Below are positions 38,239 to 46,131 of a stretch of DNA of 64,000 nt, one piece after another; within the stretch, counting starts at the first letter, position 1, and every line of letters starts with the position of its first letter. Position numbers and translations under genes: made by a program. The notes beneath the pieces were generated by a model, which saw only the letters and a list, made by a program, of their open reading frames with translations, did not search any database and was not told where the DNA came from. This stretch comes from an uncultured bacterium (lineage in GTDB: Bacteria; Fermentibacterota; Fermentibacteria; Fermentibacterales; JCC-6), in contig CAYREX010000003.1 of assembly GCA_964423505.1 (NCBI GenBank), positions 152,207 through 216,206 on the forward strand. The letters run 5' to 3'.

Positions 38239-40644
38239 ATGGTCTCACGCTCATGCGACATGCACGTGCACTCGAAGCACTCGATGGCTTCGGGGAGCTG
38301 GCTCCTGAGGCGGTTCAGAGTACCGGAGAGCTTCACCCCCCCCGAGCTGGTCTACGAGCTGGCCAGGAAGCGGGGGATGGACTACGTCACCATAACCGAC
38401 ATCAACTCCATAGAGGGTGCGCTCCGGATAGGCCACCTCCCCGGCACATTCCTGAGCGAGCAGGTGAGGACCTACCTCCCCGGGAGGCGCTCGGCGGTAC
38501 ACATCCTCGTCTACGACCTGACGCCGGAGCAGCACGAGGAGATGGCCGGTGTCAGGGAGTCCTACCCCGCTCTCATGGAGTACCTGAGGGACCGGGGGCT
38601 CATGCACTCCTTCGCCCATCCGTTCTACTACCCGGAGGCCGACCTCTCGCTCGGCGACTTCGCCATGGTCGCGAGGGACGCGGAGCTGGTCGAGTCAATG
38701 AACGGCACCAGGGCCAGGGAGGAGAACGACTCCGTCCCGCCGGTCGTCAGGGCGATAAGGGGCGACGGCTCGTTCTCCGGCTTCACCGGCGGCTCCGACG
38801 ACCACTGCGGGCGTTTCATCGGCCTGACGTTCACCAAGGTCGAGGGCGCCGGGAGCCTGTCGGAGTTCCTCGATGGGGTCCGGCAGGGGAGGGGCAGGCC
38901 TGCCGGGCAGCACGGCACGGCGGTCAGAACCGCCTACTCGCTCTACTCCGTCGCCTACTCGTTCTACCGCGACCGGCTGACGGCGAGGCAGGTCCCGACC
39001 TTCGCGAAGTTCGCCGCCGACAGGTTCTTCGCGCCGGGCGCCGGCAGGGAGGAGCCCACGCTCTGGCACAAGGCGGACTTCGTCTTCCACCAGCTGCTGA
39101 AGAAAGCCAGGAGGGCCGACCGCTCCGACTTCGAGGCGGTCGTTGCCGACAACCTGGTGGAGATAGGCAGGGACCTCGCGCTCCAGACCGAGGACCCGGG
39201 CGCCGAGTCGGACAGGATAGACGAGCGCACCTACGAGATACTGAACATGCTAACGAACAGGCTTCTGCGTCACTTCAGCTCCGTCCTCATCGGCAGGGTC
39301 TCGGAGGGGAGGTTCCTGGAGGCACTGGAGTCGGTGACCGCCCTGCTCCCGGTGCTGCTGCTCAACGCTCCCTACCCCGTGTGCTACCTGAACAGGAGGA
39401 AGGGCAGGGACGCGGTCCGCACCGTCTCGAGGGAGTACGCCCCGGAGGTTGCCTCAGGGCTCCGGGACTCCAACCGCAGGGTCTGGTTCACCGATACCAT
39501 AGACGACCTGAACGGAGTCTCACGGACGATACAGAGGTACAGCAGGATAGCTCTCTCCGACGGTCGGGAGCTGGCCATAGCCGCCTGCCAGTCGAGGCCG
39601 CTGTCTTTTCCCGGATGGGTGGTCAACTTCCCACCGCTACAGGAGTTCCCCATTCCAGGCTACACGACCAAGCTGCTCTCCATCCCCCCCTTCCTCGAGC
39701 TTCTCCGTTTCGTGGAGGACGAACGGTTCGGGATGATGTACATATCCACGCCCGGGCCTGTCGGGGTGGCTGCGCTGGGCATCGCGAGGCTGCTGGACAT
39801 ACCCTGCGCGGGTATCTATCACACGGACTACCCCAGGCACGTCAACCGGATAGTCGAGGACGGCAGGCTGGGGGAGCTGGCCGGGGTGTTCGCGTCCTGG
39901 TTCTACAACGCGGTGGACATGGTCCTCGTCCCGAGCCGGTTCTACATGGACGACCTGGAGGCCATGGGCGTGGAGAGGAGCAGGATGGAGCTCTTCCCCA
40001 GGGGGACCGACTGCGAGCTCTTCTCTCCCGCTCACCGCTCCGACACCTTCCTCGGGAGGTTCGGCGGTACCGTCGGCTCCACCAGGCTCGTCTACGTGGG
40101 GAGGATATCCAGGGAGAAGGACCTGGACGTCCTCGCCGACGCCTTCCTGGAGGCCCGGAAGGAGCTCCCCTACCTTGAGCTCTACTTCGTCGGCGACGGC
40201 CCCTACCTCGGGGAGCTGGTCAACAGGCTCAGCGGCAGGGGCGGCTACTTCTGCGGCGAGATGCACGGCAGGGACCTCTCCGCCGCCTACGCCTCGGGTG
40301 ACATCTTCGTCTTCCCGAGCTCGACCGACACCTACGGCAACTCCGTCCTGGAGGCCCAGGCCTCCGGGCTGCCCGCCATAGTCAGCGATGCCGGTGGCCC
40401 GCAGGAGATAATCGAACCCGGCCGCACCGGCCTCGTGTTCAGGAGCCACGACACGTCTTCGCTGCTCTCGGCCATCGTGAAGCTGGCGGAGGAGAGGGAG
40501 ACCAGGGAACGGATGGCGGAGTCTTCCCGGGAGCTTGCGGCCTCCAGGACCTGGGAGGACGCCTTCGACAGGCTCTGGGACATCTCCCCCTCGCAGGTCG
40601 AGGCCTGCTCCCGCTCCGGCCGGGGTCCTTCCCGGGGGGCCTGA
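38239..40644 (+). CDS. PHP-domain / family-4 glycosyltransferase fusion protein
   Basis: N-terminus CDMHVHSKHS..DYVTITDINSIEGA (PHP). C-terminus GRISREKDLDVL, FVFPSSTDTYGNSVLEAQASGLPAIVSDAGGPQEII (GT4 E-x7-E). Confidence 0.75.
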   Translation: MVSRSCDMHVHSKHSMASGSWLLRRFRVPESFTPPELVYELARKRGMDYVTITDINSIEGALRIGHLPGTFLSEQVRTYLPGRRSAVHILVYDLTPEQHEEMAGVRESYPALMEYLRDRGLMHSFAHPFYYPEADLSLGDFAMVARDAELVESMNGTRAREENDSVPPVVRAIRGDGSFSGFTGGSDDHCGRFIGLTFTKVEGAGSLSEFLDGVRQGRGRPAGQHGTAVRTAYSLYSVAYSFYRDRLTARQVPTFAKFAADRFFAPGAGREEPTLWHKADFVFHQLLKKARRADRSDFEAVVADNLVEIGRDLALQTEDPGAESDRIDERTYEILNMLTNRLLRHFSSVLIGRVSEGRFLEALESVTALLPVLLLNAPYPVCYLNRRKGRDAVRTVSREYAPEVASGLRDSNRRVWFTDTIDDLNGVSRTIQRYSRIALSDGRELAIAACQSRPLSFPGWVVNFPPLQEFPIPGYTTKLLSIPPFLELLRFVEDERFGMMYISTPGPVGVAALGIARLLDIPCAGIYHTDYPRHVNRIVEDGRLGELAGVFASWFYNAVDMVLVPSRFYMDDLEAMGVERSRMELFPRGTDCELFSPAHRSDTFLGRFGGTVGSTRLVYVGRISREKDLDVLADAFLEARKELPYLELYFVGDGPYLGELVNRLSGRGGYFCGEMHGRDLSAAYASGDIFVFPSSTDTYGNSVLEAQASGLPAIVSDAGGPQEIIEPGRTGLVFRSHDTSSLLSAIVKLAEERETRERMAESSRELAASRTWEDAFDRLWDISPSQVEACSRSGRGPSRGA

Positions 40645-41849
40645 TGCTCAGGCGACGCCGCCTGAAGGGGAGGAGGGGCGTCAGGCCGAGCGCCGGCAGG
40701 GGGCTCTCGGTCTTCCTATCCAGCAAGATAGCGGTGGCGCTCACGCTCTTCGTCCTGGTCATGGTCATCGGCACCGGCGGCTTCATGGTCTTCGTCTCCC
40801 ACCGGGACTCGCAGGCCGCGGAGGGGGCGACGCCCTCCGGCGACCCGACCGGCAGGGCCGGGCTCTACGAGGACGAGGGCACCCTGACCGGAAGGCTCCT
40901 GCTCTCCTGCTACATGACCGCCATCACCATAACCACGGTGGGCTACGACGACGTGGTACGCAACTACGCCTACGGCTACCTGGACGAGGGCTGGAGGCGG
41001 GCGTACAACGCCTGGGTGACGTTCTTCGTGATAGTTGCGTACATGGTCATCCTCTACGTCAACGCGAACTTCGTCGCCTACCTGGTGGGCAGGAGGCTCG
41101 CCGAGACCATGAAGCGGAGGGCGGTCCTGAGGAGCATCTCCCGGCTCTCGGGCCACCTTATCGTCTGCGGCTGCGGGGGGCCCGGCTCGGTGGTCGCGCT
41201 GGAGGCCCTCAGGTGCGGCGTGCCCGTGGTGGGGATAGACTCTCCCGATGAGCCGCCCCAGGAGCTGCGGAAGAGGAGGGGCTTCCTCTACCTCGCCTGG
41301 GACAGGCCGGACGACGAGATGCTGGCCGACGCCGGAGCATCCGAGGCCGCCTACCTGGTCAGCGTGCTCGGAGAGGACAGCGCGAACCTCTACATGACGC
41401 TGACGGCAAGGCTCGTCGGACCGCGGCTCAGGATAGCCTCCAGGGCCAGCGGGGCGGACAGCGAGGAGAAGCTGCTGCAGGCCGGGGCGGACGTGGCCTT
41501 CTCGCCATGGGCCACAACCGGACGGAGGCTGGTCGCGGCCATGCTCCACTCCGAGACGGTGGACTTCCTGGAGAGGATGATGTCCGACCAGACCCACGAC
41601 GTGCGGGTGGAGGAGTACAGGGTCGAGCAGGGGAGCCCGGTGGTGGGCAGGAGCCTGCGGGAGCTGGAGATAGGCCGGAAGGTCGGGGTCAGCGTCTTCG
41701 CCATAATGGACGCCGGTGGCGACACCGAGTTCAACCCTGGCGCCGGACGGAGACTGGAGGCCGGTGACGTGCTGCTCTACGCGGCGGACTCCGATAGGCA
41801 CGAGGCGCTGGTCCGCCTCATGGAGCGCCGGAAGAGGAGGTGGTCGTGA
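40644..41849 (+). CDS. K+-channel-like protein with RCK (TrkA-N/TrkA-C) domains and a non-canonical filter
   Basis: Pore helix plus filter YMTAITITTVGYDDV, GHLIVCGCGGPG Rossmann motif, and a TrkA-C-like VGRSLRELEIG..GVSVFAI. Its ATG shares 1 nt with the upstream TGA. Confidence 0.7.
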   Translation: MLRRRRLKGRRGVRPSAGRGLSVFLSSKIAVALTLFVLVMVIGTGGFMVFVSHRDSQAAEGATPSGDPTGRAGLYEDEGTLTGRLLLSCYMTAITITTVGYDDVVRNYAYGYLDEGWRRAYNAWVTFFVIVAYMVILYVNANFVAYLVGRRLAETMKRRAVLRSISRLSGHLIVCGCGGPGSVVALEALRCGVPVVGIDSPDEPPQELRKRRGFLYLAWDRPDDEMLADAGASEAAYLVSVLGEDSANLYMTLTARLVGPRLRIASRASGADSEEKLLQAGADVAFSPWATTGRRLVAAMLHSETVDFLERMMSDQTHDVRVEEYRVEQGSPVVGRSLRELEIGRKVGVSVFAIMDAGGDTEFNPGAGRRLEAGDVLLYAADSDRHEALVRLMERRKRRWS

Positions 41850-42607
41850 GCGCCGCCGGACGCTGCATAGTCTGCGGGGCCGGTCCCACCGGGCTCCACG
41901 TCATGAGGGAGCTCTCCGGCAGGGGAATCCCGGTCTGCCTGGTGGACGAGAGCGGCGACGCCCTGGAGAGGGCGGGGGGCGATACCCTGGTCGAGACGGT
42001 AGCAGGGAGCCCCCTGGAGGACAGCGTTCTGGAGAGCGCGGGAATCGCCGGTGCGAAGGCGCTGTTCGCGACCATGCCCGACGACAGGAGCAACGTGTTC
42101 CTGACCCTCTCCGCCAGGCGCCTCAATCCGGACCTGCGGGTCTTCTCGGTGGCCCTGGACGGGAGCGCGGAGAGGAAGCTCCACCTGGTCGGATGCGCCG
42201 CCACGGTGAACCCCCACCTGGCCGAGGGGTTCAGGCTCTCCACGGAGCTGCTCAGGCCGGACGTCGCCCGCTTCACCGACGGCCTGGTCTTCGGCGCCGA
42301 GAGCGAGGCGGGCTACATCAGCGTGACCGTCCCGACGGGGAGCCCCTCCGACGGGTCCACCCTCGCCGACCTGGACCTGGGCGGGAGGACAGGGGTGGTA
42401 CTGGTGGCGGTGCGAAGGCGGGAGGGCACCACGGACTACAGCCCGAAGGGCTCGCTTGTCGTCCGCGCAGGAGACGCTCTGGTGGGCTTCGGGAGCGGCA
42501 CCGACGCGGAGGCGATGGAGAGCGCTCTCGCCGAGGGGCCGGCGAGGCGGAGGAGGAGGGGGCTGCTCGCCCGCCTCCTCGGGCGTGGTCGGGGCGGCCG
42601 GACTTGA
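41840..42607 (+). CDS. TrkA-N/TrkA-C (RCK) domain protein
   Basis: CIVCGAGPTGLHV..VCLVDES and a C-terminal GSTLADLDLG..GVVLVAVRR. GTG start overlaps the channel gene. Confidence 0.7.
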   Translation: MVVSAAGRCIVCGAGPTGLHVMRELSGRGIPVCLVDESGDALERAGGDTLVETVAGSPLEDSVLESAGIAGAKALFATMPDDRSNVFLTLSARRLNPDLRVFSVALDGSAERKLHLVGCAATVNPHLAEGFRLSTELLRPDVARFTDGLVFGAESEAGYISVTVPTGSPSDGSTLADLDLGGRTGVVLVAVRRREGTTDYSPKGSLVVRAGDALVGFGSGTDAEAMESALAEGPARRRRRGLLARLLGRGRGGRT

Positions 42608-42662
42608 ACCGGCGACCCCCTGCTCCCAAAGCAGGTGCGCTACCGGACTGCGCCACGCCCCG
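42586..42662 (-). tRNA. tRNA-Pro (anticodon TGG), CCA encoded
   Basis: The reverse complement folds as CGGGGCG acceptor, GCGC-AGTCCGGTA-GCGC D arm, CCTGC-TTTGGGA-GCAGG anticodon arm, GCCGG-TTCAAGT-CCGGC T arm, then CGCCCCG-A-CCA. Confidence 0.92.
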
Positions 42663-42840
42663 ACGGTCTGGAATCCTACTTCCCGCCCGTCCGGCGGGCA
42701 AGGAGGAGCGTCCCGGAGCTTGACCCGGGACCCCTCCGGGAACATCTTCCCGCGGGTTTGCGTTACCTCACCACTGGAGATACACACCGATACATAAGGG
42801 CCGGCAGCGAGCCCCGGCTGACGGGAGATCCTCCGGCATC

Positions 42841-44499
42841 ATGCGAAAGGCAGCCACGATGAGAACCAAGACCTCTATCCTCATCCTCCTCCTGGTCCCC
42901 CTCGCCGCCGCGGCGGCCTCCTCCGGCCCGGAGGCCTTCATCACCCCGCACAGGTCCATGCGCGTGAACGGCGTCACGCCGGACATACTGCATGCGCTGG
43001 AGGAGAGCGACATCACCGTCGAGTGGGCCCACGGCGACAAGGCCACGGTCTACGTCAGCGCCGAGCAGGAGCGGCTCCTGGGCTACCTCGGTCTCGCTCC
43101 GGTCAGGGTGCCGGTGCCCGAGCCGCTGGTTCCCTACCCGAGCCTGGAGGACATCTACGACTCCATCGACCAGATACTCGCCGCGCACCAAGACATCTGC
43201 CGCGGGGTCACCATCGGCACCAGCGTGCAGGGAAGGCCCATAAGGGCGGTCGTCGTCTCGGCCAATCCCGGCGTCGAGGAGGTGGAGCCGGAGCTTCGCA
43301 TACACGGCGGCATCCACGGCGACGAGATGACCTCGGCCATGGTCACCCGTCACTACCTGGACGTCCTCACCGACGGCTACGCCACCAGCCCGGTCTGCCA
43401 GTACCTGGTGGACGGGGCGGAGACCTGGATCATCCCGGTCCTCAACCCGGACGGGTACGTGGCCGACCAGAGGTACAACGCCAACGGCGTCGACCTGAAC
43501 AGGAACCTGAGCTACATGGGCTACCCCGACCCGTTCTCCGAGCCGGAGACGCGGGCGCTGCGGGACATCACAATGCAGAGCTGGCCGGCGGTCGAGAACT
43601 TCGTGAACCCGTTCTGCGTCGGGCTCTCCCTCCACGGCGGCGCCGAATGCTTCAACTCCCCCTGGAACTACACCGAGAGCCCGCTGCCGGAGGACGTCGA
43701 CCTCATGTACGTCCAGGGAGACAACTACGCCGGCAACCCCGGCATAGTCTCCTACTTCGGCAGCTTCACCATCTACGTACCGGGCGCCACCTGGTACGAG
43801 ACCAACGGCGACGTGAACGACTGGAGCTACGGCGAGTGCGGCACGGTCGACCAGACGATAGAGGTGCACAACGACAAGCACGCCTCCGACTGGCCGGGGG
43901 TCAGCGAGGCTCACTACGGCGCCATACTCCAGTTCTTCCAGGAGGGCACCTACGGCATCTGGGGCACCGTGGTCGACGGCTCGGGGAACCCGCTGGACGC
44001 CGAGATAGGCATAGGCTCCTCCTCCGACTCCGAGCCGCTCCGCTTCTGCCGGACCGACGTCACCATGGGCGACTACCACAAGACGCTGCTTCCGGGCACC
44101 TACGACGTCCAGGCGACCGCCGACGGCTACGGCTCCGGGACGGTCACCGGCGTGACGGTCGGCTCCGGCGAGCGGGTGGAGGTCAGCTTCGTGCTGGATC
44201 CCGTGGGCATCGAGGAGGGCCACGGCACGGTCCCCGGCCCCGCCGGCATCTCCGTCGGGCCGAACCCGGCCATGCGAAGCTGCACCATAGCCATCGGCGG
44301 CGGACTTGGTGGAGAGCTGGCCATATACGATATTACCGGGCGCACCGTTCACAGAGAGACCGTACCCGCCGGTACGTCCTCGGTGTCCTGGTCGTGCGAG
44401 GACGGGAGCGGCGCCAGGGTCCCCTCCGGCATCTACCTCGTCAGGCTCTCGAGCGGCTCGCAGGACCACACCGCAAGGCTCACGGTAGGGTCGATCTAG
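42841..44499 (+). CDS. M14 zinc carboxypeptidase with T9SS-type C-terminal sorting domain
   Basis: Signal peptide, HGGIHGDEMTS, IIPVLNPDGY and GVDLNRN. The C-terminal ~80 aa reads GPNPAMRSCTI..LAIYDITGRTV..SGIYLVRL (Por_Secre_tail/FlgD-Ig-like). Confidence 0.8.
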   Translation: MRKAATMRTKTSILILLLVPLAAAAASSGPEAFITPHRSMRVNGVTPDILHALEESDITVEWAHGDKATVYVSAEQERLLGYLGLAPVRVPVPEPLVPYPSLEDIYDSIDQILAAHQDICRGVTIGTSVQGRPIRAVVVSANPGVEEVEPELRIHGGIHGDEMTSAMVTRHYLDVLTDGYATSPVCQYLVDGAETWIIPVLNPDGYVADQRYNANGVDLNRNLSYMGYPDPFSEPETRALRDITMQSWPAVENFVNPFCVGLSLHGGAECFNSPWNYTESPLPEDVDLMYVQGDNYAGNPGIVSYFGSFTIYVPGATWYETNGDVNDWSYGECGTVDQTIEVHNDKHASDWPGVSEAHYGAILQFFQEGTYGIWGTVVDGSGNPLDAEIGIGSSSDSEPLRFCRTDVTMGDYHKTLLPGTYDVQATADGYGSGTVTGVTVGSGERVEVSFVLDPVGIEEGHGTVPGPAGISVGPNPAMRSCTIAIGGGLGGELAIYDITGRTVHRETVPAGTSSVSWSCEDGSGARVPSGIYLVRLSSGSQDHTARLTVGSI

Positions 44500-44540
44500 C
44501 AGGGTAGGACAGTCAGGAAGAAGAAGGGTTCGAAGTCAAA

Positions 44541-44804
44541 ATGGCTCACAAGAAGTCCTCGAGCAGTTCCCGGAACGGCCGCGACAGCGCGGGCAGGAGG
44601 CTCGGCGTCAAGGCCTCCTCGGGCAGCCTGGTCACGGCCGGCACCATAATCGTCCGCCAGCGCGGCACCAGGATCCATCCCGGCCTGAACGTGGGCAGGG
44701 GGGGGGACGACACCCTCTTCGCCCGAGCCGACGGCCGGGTGAGGTTCCACAGCCTGCGCGGCAGGAAGGTGGCCTCGGTAGTAGCAGAGCCCGACCTCGG
44801 TTGA
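44541..44804 (+). CDS. rpmA: 50S ribosomal protein L27
   Basis: [51 protein letters not shown]. Confidence 0.92.
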   Translation: MAHKKSSSSSRNGRDSAGRRLGVKASSGSLVTAGTIIVRQRGTRIHPGLNVGRGGDDTLFARADGRVRFHSLRGRKVASVVAEPDLG

Positions 44805-44814
44805 CGCCTCGCGC

Positions 44815-46131
44815 ATGAGGGCACCTGCCGACCTGCTCCTTACGGACGTGGGACAGCTGGTAACCATGGAGGGCCCCCCCCGGGACAGGCGGGGGGCGCT
44901 CCATTCCTCTCTCTCCCTCCGAACCGGCGCCGCCATCGCATCCCTTGACGGCCGCATCGTCTGGACCGGCCCCTCCGCGAGGGCTTTCGGGGAGGTGGAG
45001 CTCGTCACCGGCGGTGTCGAGCGCTCCGCCGGAGGCCGGCTGGTCACACCCGGCTTCGTCGACTCCCACACCCATCCGCTCTTCGCGGTCACCAGGGAGG
45101 CGGAGTTCGCACTCAGGGCGGAGGGCGCCGACTACGAGGAGATAGCGGCGGCAGGCGGCGGCATCCTCAGCAGCGTGGAGGCCACCAGGGCCGCGGCCGA
45201 TGCCACCATCGAGGAGAACCTCGTCAACCACCTCGGGACGATGCTGCTGCTGGGCACCACGACGGTCGAGGCCAAGAGCGGGTACGGGCTGGACCGGGAG
45301 ACCGAGCTCCGATGCCTCAGGGTAGCCCGGGACGTCTCCGCCGGCTGGCCCCAGACCATCGTCCGGACGTTCCTGGGAGCCCACGAAGTCCCGACCGAGT
45401 ACCGGGACGACCCGGACGGCTACCTGGACATGCTGGTCTCGGAGGTGCTCCCCTCGGTCGGGGAGGAGGACCTGGCGGAATTCGTTGACATCTTCTGCGA
45501 GAAGGGCGTCTTCACTCCGGAGCAGACCGAGCGTTACCTGCGCGCGGCATCGGACATGGGCTTTCGGCTCAAGCTCCACGCCGACGAGCTCCACGACACC
45601 GGGGGCGCCGGCGTCGCGGTGAATGTCGGGGCCGTCAGCGCCGACCACCTGCTCCGGGTCTCGAAGGAGAACGCGAGGAGGCTTGCCGGGAGCGCCGTCG
45701 TGGCCACGCTGCTGCCGGGCACCGCGCTCTTCCTCGGCAAGCAGTTCCCTCCGGGGCGGGAGCTGGTGGACGCCGGCGCGGCGGTCGCCCTGGCCACCGA
45801 CTTCAACCCGGGCAGCTGTTTCTGCGAGTCGATGCCGTTCATGGTCAACCTGGCGGTATGCGCCTGCGGCCTCACCGTCGAGGAGGCCCTGGTGGCCGCC
45901 ACGGTCAACGGGGCCGCCGCGGTGGGCCTGGCGGGGAGCAAGGGCTCCCTGTCGCCGGGGATGGACGCCGACATGGTGCTCTGGGACCTTGATGACTACA
46001 GAGGTATTGCGTATCACATGGCCGTTCCGGACATCGAAGAGGTCTTCTGCGGCGGACGTCCCGTATCCGGGATGTTCCGGGGGCCGGGCCGCCCAGCCGC
46101 GGATAGCTCCGGGCAGGGGAGCCGTCAATGA
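44815..46131 (+). CDS. hutI: imidazolonepropionase
   Basis: GFVDSHTHPLFA, GGGILSSV, GTTTVEAKSGYGL, TFLGAHEVP, KLHADEL, SADHL and ATDFNPGS. Confidence 0.88.
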   Translation: MRAPADLLLTDVGQLVTMEGPPRDRRGALHSSLSLRTGAAIASLDGRIVWTGPSARAFGEVELVTGGVERSAGGRLVTPGFVDSHTHPLFAVTREAEFALRAEGADYEEIAAAGGGILSSVEATRAAADATIEENLVNHLGTMLLLGTTTVEAKSGYGLDRETELRCLRVARDVSAGWPQTIVRTFLGAHEVPTEYRDDPDGYLDMLVSEVLPSVGEEDLAEFVDIFCEKGVFTPEQTERYLRAASDMGFRLKLHADELHDTGGAGVAVNVGAVSADHLLRVSKENARRLAGSAVVATLLPGTALFLGKQFPPGRELVDAGAAVALATDFNPGSCFCESMPFMVNLAVCACGLTVEEALVAATVNGAAAVGLAGSKGSLSPGMDADMVLWDLDDYRGIAYHMAVPDIEEVFCGGRPVSGMFRGPGRPAADSSGQGSRQ

